DNA of 29,524 nucleotides from Chthonomonadales bacterium (GCA_038217285.1 JBBQPO010000040.1:1-29524), one strand, 5' to 3'; positions 8,140 to 22,371 are shown, counted from the stretch's first letter. Translations and numbers: made by a program. The notes: a model not told the origin generated them from the sequence alone.

Positions 8140-8352
8140 TTGCGTATTCGAGCGAAAGAGATCCGCCGCGCCCGCAAGCGCCGCGAAGAGCAGCTTCACG
8201 AAAAGATTAAGTCCTTGAGCGTGGCGAAGCCCCAGGCGCGTCCTTCGGTGCGTCCTGCTGTCCGTCCTGCTGCCAGGCCCGGATCGACGTCGGTCAAGCC
8301 CGCCGCACCGCGTCCCCCGCGTCCCAAACCGCCGACTCCTGCCGGGGAATAG
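8140..8352 (+). CDS. Small basic protein (70 aa) with an Arg/Lys-rich helix and Pro-rich tail, possibly DUF6800-like
   Basis: AAGGAG RBS followed by a TTG start at 8140: MRIRAKEIRRARKRREEQLHEKIK...PAAPRPPRPKPPTPAGE. The family resemblance is from recollection only. Confidence 0.65.
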   Translation: MRIRAKEIRRARKRREEQLHEKIKSLSVAKPQARPSVRPAVRPAARPGSTSVKPAAPRPPRPKPPTPAGE

Positions 8353-8364
8353 TCGCCTTTTTTC

Positions 8365-8504
8365 GACAGGATTGACAGGTCATTCAACTGGTAGGGTTGC
8401 CTTCCACTCGAACTGCCATTCTTCTGCACCCATTGCAGGAGGACGAATGCAGATCGAGATATGGGGGCGTCACTGTAAGTTGAAATCGTCCTGTCAATTT
8501 TGTT
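8365..8504. repeat. Intergenic element with imperfect terminal inverted repeats (MITE/REP-like)
   Basis: Left arm GACAGGATTGACAGGTCATTCAACT (8365-8389); right arm AGTTGAAATCGTCCTGTCAATTTTGTT (8478-8504). ATTGACAGG and TTCAACT pair exactly. Confidence 0.5.
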
Positions 8505-8517
8505 TTGAGGTTTTGCC

Positions 8518-9918
8518 ATGGGTCAGAGCATGATCGTGGTTGTCAATCCCTATACCGGGGAGCAAGTCGGGCAGGTTCCGGCGGGCACGGTTGCGGACGT
8601 CGAAGCGGCGGTCAGGCAGGCACAAGAGGGCGCGGACGCCATGCGGAAGATGCCGCTCTGCCGCCGCGCTGAGATTCTGGCGGCTACCGGGCAGATCCTG
8701 CTGCGTGAAACCGAATCGCTGGCACGCCTCATCACGGCCGAAGCGGGTAAAACCATTCGCGAAACCAGAGCGGAAGTGGCGCGCGCTGCGGGCATCTTCC
8801 AACTGGCGGCGGAGGAGACGCGGCGTCTGCATGGCGAGACGGTCTCTTTCGACGCCCTGCCGAACGGTGCAGGCCGCACCGGGTACTGGACACGCGTCCC
8901 ACTCGGCGTTGTCGGCGCGATCACGCCCTGGAATGTGCCTCTGGCGCTGGCTGCGCATAAGATCGCTCCGGCTCTGGGGGGAGGCAACGCCGTCGTTTTC
9001 AAGCCTGCCGAGCAGACGCCGCTCAACGCGCTACGACTGGTGGAGGCGCTGCGCGAGGCTGGCCTCCCGGAAAAGGCATTGCTCTGTGTGACGGGAGATG
9101 GCGCGGTCGCTGGAGACGCTCTGGTGACGCACCCGGACGTTGCGTTGCTCTCCTTTACCGGCAGTCGCGAGGTCGGGATGAAACTGCCGGGGCGCGCCGG
9201 TTTCAAGCGCGTCGCCCTGGAACTCGGTGGCAACAGCCCGGTGATCCTCACGCCGACAGCCGACCTGGCCGATGCGGCAGAAGCCATCGTGCGCGGCGGC
9301 TTCTCGGTCGCCGGTCAGCTCTGCATCTCCGTCCAGCGCGTCCTCGTCGCGGAGAGTGTGCAGGAGGCGCTGCTCGCGGAACTGCTGCCCCGCATTCGCG
9401 CCTTGCGTCTCGGCGATCCGCTGGACGAACGCACCGATGTCGGCACGCTGATTAGCCCGGAAGCATGCACACGCGTTGCGGAAGCGGTGCAGGCCGCGAA
9501 GCAGGCGGGCGCGAACGTGCTGATTGGCGGCGAACGGGTAGGGTTGTCCGCCTATGCGCCGACCGTTCTGAAGGACGTAGACCCCACCTCGCCGCTGGCG
9601 CGGGAGGAGGCGTTTGCGCCGCTCTTGCTGCTGATGCCGTACCGCACCTTCGACGAGGCGATAGCGCTCGCCAACGCCACGCCTTACGGTCTGAACGCCG
9701 GGATCTATACCAACGATCTGCGGGAGGCGATGCGCGCTGCCGAAGAGATAGATGCGGGGGCCGTGATGGTCAACGACGTGCCGTCGTTCCGATCCGATCT
9801 GATGCCCTACGGCGGCAGAAAGCAGAGTGGGCTGGGGCGCGAAGGCGTACGTTTCGCCATGCAGGAGATGACAGAGCCTAAACTCGTCTGTTTCCGTGCG
9901 CTCCCGCCCTCCCCATAA
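8518..9918 (+). CDS. NAD(P)-dependent aldehyde dehydrogenase
   Basis: GAITPWNVP, KPAEQTP, FTGSREVG, LELGGNSP (catalytic Glu), GQLCISVQR (catalytic Cys), EEAFAP, PYGGRKQSGLGREG. Confidence 0.95.
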   Translation: MGQSMIVVVNPYTGEQVGQVPAGTVADVEAAVRQAQEGADAMRKMPLCRRAEILAATGQILLRETESLARLITAEAGKTIRETRAEVARAAGIFQLAAEETRRLHGETVSFDALPNGAGRTGYWTRVPLGVVGAITPWNVPLALAAHKIAPALGGGNAVVFKPAEQTPLNALRLVEALREAGLPEKALLCVTGDGAVAGDALVTHPDVALLSFTGSREVGMKLPGRAGFKRVALELGGNSPVILTPTADLADAAEAIVRGGFSVAGQLCISVQRVLVAESVQEALLAELLPRIRALRLGDPLDERTDVGTLISPEACTRVAEAVQAAKQAGANVLIGGERVGLSAYAPTVLKDVDPTSPLAREEAFAPLLLLMPYRTFDEAIALANATPYGLNAGIYTNDLREAMRAAEEIDAGAVMVNDVPSFRSDLMPYGGRKQSGLGREGVRFAMQEMTEPKLVCFRALPPSP

Positions 9919-9962
9919 GATTTACTGAGAACACTCCTACGGATGAAAGCTCCAAGGTCGCT

Positions 9963-10931
9963 ATGAAGCCTATCACCAAGCCCTTCGCTATCTACCACGA
10001 ACACCCCGACTGGTTCCGTCCTCTGTTTGCGGAACTTGATCGCCGGGGAGTTCCGTTTGTCCGTCTGGACGCTGCACACCACTTTTTTGATCCCGCCGAC
10101 CGAAGCGAGGGCGACGCCTACAGCCTCGTTTTCAATCGCATGAGTCCCTCCGCCTATCTGCGCGGCGGCGGCAACAGCACCTTCTACACGCTGGGTGTAC
10201 TGGACCACTGGGAGCGGCAGGGGCTGCGCGTGGTCAACGGCAATCGCGCCTATACTATGGAGACGAGCAAGGCGCTGCAGTTGAGCCTGCTGACGTCGTT
10301 GGGGCTCGGCTATCCGCGGGCGCGTGTGATCAATCATCCTACGCTGGCTCCGGTCGCGGCAGAAGGGCTGCGGTTTCCCGTGGTCGTGAAGGCGAACATC
10401 GGCGGCAGTGGGGCCGGGATCGTGCGCTTCGATACGCCCGAGGAGCTGCGCGCCGCTGCGGCGGAGGGAACCATCGATCTCGGCCTCGACAGCACCGCCC
10501 TGGTGCAGGAGTTCACACCGGCCCGAAACGGGCATATCACCCGTGTGGAGACGCTGGGCGGGAAATATCTCTATGCGATCAATGTCTACACCGACGGCAG
10601 CAGTTTCAATCTCTGCCCTGCCGATGTCTGCCAGACGCGGGGTGGGGTGGAGCTGACGCGCTCTGCCTGCCCCATCGACGCGCCGAAGAGCGGCATCACG
10701 GTCGAAGCAACGACGCCTCCCACCGAAGTAATCGAGGCGGTCGAGCGCATCGTGCAGGCGGCGCAGATCGACGTCGGCGGCATCGAGTATATGATAGACG
10801 ACCGCGACGGACGGCTCGTCTACTACGACGTGAACGCGCTCTCGAACTTTGTGGCGGATGCGCGCAACGTCGTCGGCTTCGATCCACATGAGCGGTTGGT
10901 GGACTTTCTGGTCGCGGAGGCAAGAGGATGA
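9963..10931 (+). CDS. RimK/glutathione-synthetase-like ATP-grasp protein
   Basis: VFNRMSPS, RVVNG...SKALQ, FPVVVKANIGGSGAGI, LVQEF, GGIEYMID...YYDVNALSNF. Confidence 0.8.
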   Translation: MKPITKPFAIYHEHPDWFRPLFAELDRRGVPFVRLDAAHHFFDPADRSEGDAYSLVFNRMSPSAYLRGGGNSTFYTLGVLDHWERQGLRVVNGNRAYTMETSKALQLSLLTSLGLGYPRARVINHPTLAPVAAEGLRFPVVVKANIGGSGAGIVRFDTPEELRAAAAEGTIDLGLDSTALVQEFTPARNGHITRVETLGGKYLYAINVYTDGSSFNLCPADVCQTRGGVELTRSACPIDAPKSGITVEATTPPTEVIEAVERIVQAAQIDVGGIEYMIDDRDGRLVYYDVNALSNFVADARNVVGFDPHERLVDFLVAEARG

Positions 10932-11959
10932 CGATGCGCTATGGTTACTGGCTCCCCATTTTCGGCGGTTGGCTGCGCAACGTCGAGGACGAACAGATGG
11001 AGGCGACCTGGGACTATGTCTCCACCCTGGCGCAACGCGCCGAACAGATCGGTTTCGACCTGACCCTCGTCGCCGAGCTGAACCTCAACGACATCAAGGG
11101 CGTCGAAGCGCCGTCGCTGGACGCCTGGTCCACGGCAGCGGCCCTCGCCGCCGTCACGCACAAACAGGAGATCATGGTCGCGGTTCGGCCCACCTTCCAC
11201 AATCCGGCGCTGCTCGCGAAACAGGCCGCCAACATCGATCAGATCAGCCAGGGCCGCCTCTCGCTGAACGTCGTCTCCTCCTGGTGGAAAGACGAGGCGC
11301 AGAAGTACGGGGTCGCCTTCGAGCAGCACGAAGACCGGTATGCCCGCACCGAGGAGTGGCTGGCCATTCTGGACGGCGTCTGGTCCGGTGATCACTTCTC
11401 CCATACCGGCCGCTACTACAACGTCGAAGACAATGTGCTGCAGCCCAAGCCTTTCCCCTCCCGCCCGCGCCCGCTGCTCTATGCCGGGGGCGAGTCGGAT
11501 ACGGCGAAGGAGCTTATCGCCCGGACCTGCGACGGCTATGTGATGCACGGCGATCCCCCCGCGAAGATCGGTGAGCGGATCGCCGATATGCGGGCGCGAC
11601 GGGAGCGTTATGGCCTGCCGCCGCTGCTGTTCGGGGTCGCCGCGTACAGCATCGTGCGCGATACGGAGGCCGAAGCCGAGGCCGAAAAGGCGCGCATCAC
11701 GGACGTCAAAAGCTCTTCCGCCGGCTACGCTAACTATCAGCAGTGGCTGGCCGGAACAAAGCTGGAGCAGCAGGTGTCGCTGGAAGACTATTCTGTCTCC
11801 AACCGTGGCCTGCGCTCGGGACTGGTCGGGGATCCGGAACACGTAAAAGCGCGGATCGCGGAGTTCGAGGCGGTCGGGGTCGATTTTCTGCTGCTCCAGT
11901 GCAGCCCACAAATGGAAGAGATGGAGCGGTTCGCAGCACAGATCATTCACGCCGCCTGA
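10928..11959 (+). CDS. Luciferase-like (LLM class) FMNH2-dependent monooxygenase, SsuD/SfnG-like
   Basis: AEQIGFDLTLVAE, DAWSTAAALAAVT, VAVRPTFHNPALLAKQAANIDQISQGRLSLNVVSSW, YAGGES, LVGDPEHV. ATGA overlap with the ATP-grasp gene. Confidence 0.9.
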   Translation: MTMRYGYWLPIFGGWLRNVEDEQMEATWDYVSTLAQRAEQIGFDLTLVAELNLNDIKGVEAPSLDAWSTAAALAAVTHKQEIMVAVRPTFHNPALLAKQAANIDQISQGRLSLNVVSSWWKDEAQKYGVAFEQHEDRYARTEEWLAILDGVWSGDHFSHTGRYYNVEDNVLQPKPFPSRPRPLLYAGGESDTAKELIARTCDGYVMHGDPPAKIGERIADMRARRERYGLPPLLFGVAAYSIVRDTEAEAEAEKARITDVKSSSAGYANYQQWLAGTKLEQQVSLEDYSVSNRGLRSGLVGDPEHVKARIAEFEAVGVDFLLLQCSPQMEEMERFAAQIIHAA

Positions 11960-11971
11960 AGGTGCGTAGCT

Positions 11972-14187
11972 CTATTGCGTACCCAATACGGCAATACCCT
12001 GTCCCGGCACCGTCACCGTGAAGCCATCATCCTGTTTGGTCTGGGTGAGGCCGGTGTGCAGCCAGTCTGTCAGAGGAGTGGGGCCGACTTGGGCTGCGGT
12101 GAGAGCCATGGTTTTCGGGAGGGTGCTGCGGTTGAAGAGGACGACGACGCGCTCTTTGCCGTAGGAGCGGAGGAAGCCGAAGGTTGCGGTGTTGTTGTCG
12201 GCGATGAGGGTGCGATAGTCGCCGCGGCGCAGGACGGTGTGGGCGCGGCGGAGGGCCAGAAGACGTTTGTAGAAGGCGAGGATCGTCTGATCCTGCTGGG
12301 CGGAGTCCCAGATCATGGCGCGGCGGTTGTCGGGGTCTCTGCCGCCCTGCAGCCCGACTTCGTCGCCGTAGTAGATGCAGGGGACGCCGGGATAGGTCAT
12401 CTGAAAAAGCACGGCCTGCCGCTCGCGGTTCCAGTCGTTTTTGCAGAGGGTGCGGATTCTCTCGGTGTCGTGGCTGTCGAGGATGTTGAACATCGTGCCA
12501 GCGGCGGCAGGCGGGTAGTCGGCGCGGATATGCGCCAGGCTGCTGTCGAACTGCGACGGGGAGTATTTGCCGGAGACAAAGAAGTCGAGGACCGCGCCCC
12601 GGAACCGATAGTTCATCACCGAGTCGAACTGATCGCCCTGCAGCCAGTCATGCGCGTTGCCCCAGATCTCCCCGACCAGAAAGGCGTTCGGATCGGTCCG
12701 CCGTACGGTCTGTCGGAACGACTGCCAGAAGCGGTGATCCACCTCATCGGCCGCATCGAGTCGCCATCCGTCTATATGGGCGTCGCGGATCCAGCGTGTG
12801 CTCACCTCCAGCAGGTAGGCGCGGGTCGGGGGATTGTTGACGTTCAGTTTCGGCATCCAGGGCGAGCCGTACCAGCCGTTGTAGTGGGTCTGTCCGGCCT
12901 GCACGTTCACCGGAAATGAATCTACGAAGTACCAGTTCTTGTAGGGCGACTGCTCCCCGTCCTTCTCCAGACTCTTGAAGCCGGCGAAATCGACGCCAGT
13001 ATGATTGAACACGCCGTCCAGCAGGATATGGCCGCCATGCAGGTGCAGGCTGACCGCCAGGTCTTTCAGGTCGGTCGTCGTGCCGAAATGCGGGTCTACC
13101 TGATGGTAGTCGGTCGTGTCGTAGCCGTGGCTGCTCCGAGCGGTGAAAATCGGTGTCAGGTAGAGCGCATTGACGCCGAGATCGCGCAGGTAGGGGAGGT
13201 GCGCCGTGATCCCCTTCAAGTCCCCGCCCATGCGCTTCGACGACGAGGGCGGCCCGCCCCAGCGGATCGCGTCCGGCCCATTGTTGGCCGGGTCGCCATC
13301 CGCGAATCGGTCCGGGAAGATCTGGTAGAAGACCGCATCGTGGACCCAGTCGGGCACGGTGAACGGAGGATACTGCGACAGGTCGAGGGAGAACCAGTGG
13401 GGCGTCTCGGCAGCGGAGGCGAGGGTGTTCCGCACGTCGTAGATCTGCGGCGAACCGCCGTCGTCGAGCAGGAAAGCATACCGCAGCGTGAGGGAACTGG
13501 AGAGCGTCACTGTCCCACGCCAGTAGTCGAACAGCGGGTCGCTGCTGCCCCGGACCATGGCGACGTTCTGCCGGGGCTTCCCGCCCTCCGTAGCCGCCAT
13601 CACATCGCAGGAGCGGACATCGTCGCGCCGGGTCCGCAGCGTCAGCACTATGTGACCGTTGTCTACCCGTTGGACATAGGAGCCGATGGCTTCATGCCGC
13701 ACCGCAGAAAGCGTAATACGTCCGTCTCCAACAACTCCCGGCATACTCTCGTACTCCGTCGGCTTTACCACCAGAATCGAGTTGATGTTGCCGTTGCCGT
13801 CGTCCTGCGAGGTTGCGGTGGGATCGTTCATCCAGCGTGTGCCATCCACCACGAATTTGTAGGGATAGATACCAGGCGACAGCGAGAGCGTCACCGTCCA
13901 GGTCACTCGATCTGACTTCGGTCGGAGCGGAGTAGCTGTCGCGTTCCACCCATTGAAGGTGCCTGCAACTCCGATGGTGTGTGGCGCGCCCGTGGCCACG
14001 AAGGTAAACGTAACCGGACGGACCTCCGCCTGCAACCCTGCCGCCGCCCCCGGCCCAACCGTCCGCTGCGCTGACACGATCCCTGGCCTGGGGGCCTTCT
14101 GCGCCGGCACTGCCCCCGGCCTGACTGGCCTTTGCGCGGACGCCGCTCCCGTAAGACACAGGAGCAGAATACAAAAGAGTGTTTTCA

Positions 14188-14188
<1 letters not shown>
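11972..14188 (-). CDS. Secreted GH13 alpha-amylase family protein (neopullulanase/cyclomaltodextrinase-like) with an N-terminal glycogen-binding (CBM48/AMPK-beta-like) domain
   Basis: Start at ATG 14188 (MKTLFCILLLCLTGAASAQ signal peptide; TGATG overlap with the HD gene). VAGTFNGW...YPYKFVVDG CBM; FYQIFPDRF; HGYDTTDY; DGVFNH; catalytic DGWRLDAAD, GEIW and SHDTER. Confidence 0.92.
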
Positions 14189-18312
<4,124 letters not shown>

Positions 18313-18316
<4 letters not shown>

Positions 18317-19113
18317 GGCGGAGCAAAGGTGATCGGGTCTCCGATCCAGGCATCCGGTGGTGTGAGACCAAACAGCCGAACGATCGTGGGAGCAATGTCG
18401 GTGATGCGGACGGAGCGTTCGAGGGTATGGTGCGCAGGAACAGAGGGGCCGGAGAGCAGAAGGGGGGTCGTCACGTCATCGGCGCGATCTGTGCCATGCG
18501 TCTGGTCGTGGCCGCCGTGGTCTGAGGTGACGAGGATATGGCAGTCGGACGGCAGCGCCGCGCAGATGCGAGCGATGCACCCATCTGCGACCCCAATAGC
18601 ACGCAGGTAAGGCTCCGACATCCACCCGAAACGGTGCCCTGCCGTATCCGTGTAGCCCAGATAGACGAACGTGAAGTCCCACTCTGTGGTGCTGCCCAGC
18701 CAGTTCGCGGTCAGTCGCGCCAGCGCCACATCCCCGACACCTTCCGGCTCTTCGAAGTTGTTCAAAAAGAAGGAGGCCGCCAGCGACTCTGGAGCGGCGA
18801 GGTCACGCAGAGGCTCCCAGTTGTAGCAGAAGACGCTCTTCTTGCCGCCGCGCTGCAAGGTCTCAACCAGACCGGGAATCGGGCGTACAGGGGGTGACCA
18901 GGTGTTGGTGACGATGCCGTGCCGCGTCGGCTCCACGCCCAGAAAGAGAGACGTGTGGCAGGGCAGTGTGGAAGAGGGCACGACAGTTCGGCAGCGGAGC
19001 GTCGATGCGCCGCGTTCTAGCAGTCCATGCAGAAAGGGTGCGTCTGCCTGCATCATCGCGTCCGGGCGCATCCCATCCACCAGAAAAAGGACGACTTTAC
19101 CTGTCGTTGACAT
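18313..19113 (-). CDS. Alkaline phosphatase superfamily protein (type I phosphodiesterase / nucleotide pyrophosphatase-like)
   Basis: VDGMRPD, PSSTLPCHTSLFLG (Thr nucleophile), YTDTAGH, VTSDHGG...THG, ITDIAPT. No signal peptide. Confidence 0.88.
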
Positions 19114-19140
19114 TGGGCTTTCCTTGTGTCTACTTCCTGT

Positions 19141-20076
19141 CTACTTCGGCTTGAGGAGCCCCTGCACATCGAGCCAGTCGCCAAAGCGCTCGATCCAACT
19201 GTCCACAGGAAGGCCCCGCTTATTCATTCCGAAGCCGTGGCCGCCCTTGGAATAGATGTGCAGTTCCGCCGACTTCCCAGCGGTCTTCCACTCCGAGTAG
19301 AGTCGGGCGCTGCCCACCGAAGCCCCCACATCGTCATTGGCAACCAGGATAAAGAGGGGAGGGGCATCGGCAGGAACAGGGGCGTTCCCGGTGCTGCCGC
19401 CATAGATCGGCGCGGCGAAATTCGGGTGGCTGTCGGCGGTAGGATCCATCACGACGCCCATCGTGACGGCGCCGCCTGCGGAGAAACCGAGGATACCGAT
19501 GCGATCCGGCGCTATACCCCATTCGGAAGCCCGCTGCCGAACAACCCTGATCGCCTGCCTGCCATCCGCTGCGGCGAGGTCGGGAATGGCTTTGCGCTCC
19601 GTTTCTTCCTGTGGAGTGGGGACGATCTCCTTACCATCCGGCGTTGTGGACTTTCTCCCGAACAGAAAACCGAGATGTCTCTGGAACTCCCCTTCGGTTG
19701 CGCCGGTATTGAGGAGACGGTACTTGAGCACGAAGGCGGCGACCCCGCGCGCCTGCAGCCACTTCGCGACCTCGATGCCCTCGCTATCCCAGGAGAGGAA
19801 GTGAAACCCTCCTCCGGGGCAGATCACGACCGCAGTGCCCGTCGCCTTCGCGCGCTCCGGAAGATAGGCGGTCAGGGTGGGCGCGACGACATTGCGCACC
19901 ATCTTCTGCTTGCCGTTGAGATACTCGACTTCCTTCTGCGTCCAGCTCTCCGATCCCGGCGCAACTCCCGGCCACACCGGAATCACCATCTGCTGTCCCG
20001 AAACCCGCATCGCCGAAGCGACCATCCCCAGCAAAACCATCCAGCCAAACGGCGGTAAGAAAATCCCCGTTCTCAT
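19141..20076 (-). CDS. Secreted alpha/beta hydrolase (acetyl esterase/lipase-like)
   Basis: Signal peptide; ICPGGGF oxyanion hole; GFSAGG nucleophile; ANDD; GGHGFG. Confidence 0.9.
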   Translation of the reverse strand: MRTGIFLPPFGWMVLLGMVASAMRVSGQQMVIPVWPGVAPGSESWTQKEVEYLNGKQKMVRNVVAPTLTAYLPERAKATGTAVVICPGGGFHFLSWDSEGIEVAKWLQARGVAAFVLKYRLLNTGATEGEFQRHLGFLFGRKSTTPDGKEIVPTPQEETERKAIPDLAAADGRQAIRVVRQRASEWGIAPDRIGILGFSAGGAVTMGVVMDPTADSHPNFAAPIYGGSTGNAPVPADAPPLFILVANDDVGASVGSARLYSEWKTAGKSAELHIYSKGGHGFGMNKRGLPVDSWIERFGDWLDVQGLLKPK

Positions 20077-20077
20077 C

Positions 20078-20180
20078 CCTCTCTCCTCTCTTCTCTCTCC
20101 TCTTTTTCTCCTGCCTTCCTTTCTTCCTTCCTTTCTTCCTTCCTTTCTGCTCTGCCTCTGGATTTTCTTCCTTCTTTCCT
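20078..20180. repeat. Polypyrimidine tract with a tandem 12-mer TCCTTTCTTCCT
   Basis: The 12-mer occurs at 20117-20128 and 20129-20140, with a partial copy at 20141-20148. It shares a 20-nt core with 16222-16241. Confidence 0.75.
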
Positions 20181-20181
20181 G

Positions 20182-21480
20182 CTATGGGTGAGGAATCTCC
20201 CGAATGTAGATGTTCTTGAACTCCAGGGGAGTGGTGTGGTGCTGCAGCTCGATCTGCCCGACGGGATAGATCGGCTTGTTGCGCTCCCAGTAGTTCTCCA
20301 TCGGAACGCTCTGCACGACCAGTTCGTTGTTCAGATAGACCGTGACCCGCTCACCGACCATGAGGATGCGGAAGCGATTCCATTCGCCGATAGGTTTGTC
20401 GGCGCGGTGGCTCGGATGCGTGGTGTGTTTATCGTTGTTGTAGAGGCCGCCGGAGCCTTCGCCCATCTCCTGTGCGTTGCGGTTCGGGTGGTGCTCCGGA
20501 TCCCAAATCTGCACCTGCGGGCTGCCGCGCAGGTAGATGCCGCTGTCGCCGCTGGGAGTGATCTTCCAGTCCACCAGCATCTCGAAGTCGGCGTAGTCTT
20601 TCGCGGTGCAGAGGTTGTCGTTCTTGCCGTCGTAGGTGATGACGCCGTTCACGACGGTCCAGTGTTGTTTCGCGGCGACATCGGCCTTCTGCTGTGCCTC
20701 CGCAAGCTGCGCCGGGGCCATTTTGGCGCGGCTGGCGGGATTGCCGACGAGGCCCTTCCAGCCTTTCAGGTCTTTGCCGTCGAAGAGGGCGGTGAAGCCG
20801 TCCGGAGGCGTGTTCTCCTTTGCCGGCCTGGAAAGGTCTTTGAGGAAGATGTTGCGGAAGGCGCAACCGCTGGGGCCGTGGCCGAGAAAGCCGACATGTC
20901 CTGTAGCGCGCAGCATACCGGGGTGCTGCGCCAGGGTCTGCGGATCGGTGACGTCGTTCAGGCTGCCATCGACGGTGACCATGCCGTTGACGACGATCTT
21001 GATATGCCGCCCGATCGCGGTGATCTCCTCATGGTTCCACTGCCCGACCGGCTTCAGGGAGCCGCGTTTGGCCGGGATGACCTTGTAGACGCTGCTATGG
21101 TACTGTCCTGGCTCCAGATTGGCATACATCGGGTCGCTGTCGTCGAGCACCTGGCACTCCATGCCCATATAGGCGGCATCGCCTCCGATCGGAGCACGGA
21201 TGCCGATCCCGTTGTTGGCGGCATGCTCCAGTTGGAAATCGAATCGGAACACGAAGTCCGAATACTCTTTCTCCGTGAACAGATTGCCGCCGCCATCCGC
21301 AGGACAGACCAGGATGCCGTCTTTCGGCACATAGCCCGGCCCGAAGCCGCCGACCAGTTTCCAGCCGGTCAATGTCTTCCCATCGAACAGTTTCACGAAC
21401 CCCTTCTGTGCCGTCGCCTGACCTGCCACTCCGCAGATCAGCGCACAGAGCGCGAACAAAACTCCGAATGTTCTCTTCAT
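20182..21480 (-). CDS. Secreted protein with two DUF1080 (3-keto-disaccharide hydrolase-like) domains
   Basis: Signal peptide and two copies of the domain: LFDGKTLTGW...NNGIGIR...ECQVLD...GQWN...FRNIFLK and LFDGKDLKGW...DSGIYLR...QVQIWD...GEWN...IELQHH...FKNIYIRE. Confidence 0.9.
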   Translation of the reverse strand: MKRTFGVLFALCALICGVAGQATAQKGFVKLFDGKTLTGWKLVGGFGPGYVPKDGILVCPADGGGNLFTEKEYSDFVFRFDFQLEHAANNGIGIRAPIGGDAAYMGMECQVLDDSDPMYANLEPGQYHSSVYKVIPAKRGSLKPVGQWNHEEITAIGRHIKIVVNGMVTVDGSLNDVTDPQTLAQHPGMLRATGHVGFLGHGPSGCAFRNIFLKDLSRPAKENTPPDGFTALFDGKDLKGWKGLVGNPASRAKMAPAQLAEAQQKADVAAKQHWTVVNGVITYDGKNDNLCTAKDYADFEMLVDWKITPSGDSGIYLRGSPQVQIWDPEHHPNRNAQEMGEGSGGLYNNDKHTTHPSHRADKPIGEWNRFRILMVGERVTVYLNNELVVQSVPMENYWERNKPIYPVGQIELQHHTTPLEFKNIYIREIPHP

Positions 21481-21510
21481 GCCACCATCCTGTTTAGATT
21501 GGGGAGAGCG

Positions 21511-22176
21511 TCAGTCTCCCAGATGAACACGCTCATCGGAATGCCCCACGATAAAGTCCGCATGATACGCCTTGAATTTGCGAAAGGTCGCGTCGCCCCA
21601 GTTGGGACGAATATGGGGATTGTCGCTGTCTATCGACACCGAGTACTCGCCGGGTGGAACCTGCATTGTCGCGGACTCCGCCAGACGACTGGAGGCGCGA
21701 TAGACATGCCCATACCGGTCCCGTAAGGTCAGCGACATGGTGGTGTCCGCGTAGCAGTTGAACGTCAGTATCGGCATCTCCTGCGGGCTCTCGCTCTCCA
21801 CAAAAAGCGAGAGCTTGCCGGGCGAGGAGGCGGAGTCGGCAGGCGAAGCCGCCAGCGGGGAACCTCCGCGTCGGCTCCCAGTGGAGAACCCGGTATGTTC
21901 CAGAACGGCCTGCTTCACCACATTCCCAACCAGCGCGAGTAGAAGCACGCCGAGCCCCAGGGCCAGCAGCAGTGTCAGCGGTCTGGCGACGCTCTTGCGT
22001 TGTTGGGCCTGCCGCAGCGCGAGCGGCATCTCTGCCGAAAGCGGTGCGGAAGCGTAGCGGGGCGGGGCACCGGACGCAAGAGGAGGCTCAAAGACGAATC
22101 CGCATCGCCGACACTGCGTTATCTCCAACACGGCGGGCTGACCGCATTGAGGACAGGTTTTATGAGGCATCGTCAC
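21511..22176 (-). CDS. Zinc-ribbon plus single transmembrane helix hypothetical protein
   Basis: N-terminal CPQC...CRRC, TM helix LTLLLALGLGVLLLALVG, and a beta-rich C-terminal domain (VPPGEYSVSI). Confidence 0.7.
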   Translation of the reverse strand: MTMPHKTCPQCGQPAVLEITQCRRCGFVFEPPLASGAPPRYASAPLSAEMPLALRQAQQRKSVARPLTLLLALGLGVLLLALVGNVVKQAVLEHTGFSTGSRRGGSPLAASPADSASSPGKLSLFVESESPQEMPILTFNCYADTTMSLTLRDRYGHVYRASSRLAESATMQVPPGEYSVSIDSDNPHIRPNWGDATFRKFKAYHADFIVGHSDERVHLGD

Positions 22177-22304
22177 CGGTCGCCATCTTTCCTCTCGTCA
22201 TAGAATGCACCGCACCGATCCATGACTCTCTATTTCGCCACGGCTGACGCGGTTCCTGCGTGACATTGGAAAATGATGATATTTGCGTATGGCGGCGCGG
22301 CGGT

Positions 22305-22333
22305 TTGACAGCGGCGTGGGAGCGCGTTATACT
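22305..22333 (+). promoter_or_regulatory. Sigma70 promoter of the DUF1326 gene
   Basis: TTGACA (22305-22310)-N17-TATACT (22328-22333). RBS GAAGGAG before the ATG at 22372. Confidence 0.75.
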
Positions 22334-22371
22334 GAACCATAAGGAACGTCACCATCGAGAAGGAGCGCGGA

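Noticed and set aside
10928-11959. Naming the monooxygenase sfnG or ssuD
   Set aside because: The family is clear, but substrate specificity cannot be fixed from motifs and the usual reductase and transporter partners are absent.
20188-21726. 512-aa plus-strand ORF and similar long antisense ORFs (3777-4970, 9807-10889, 10823-11950, 11975-12919, 13001-13915, 19126-20058)
   Set aside because: These are shadow frames of real genes in GC-rich DNA, with no recognisable motifs.
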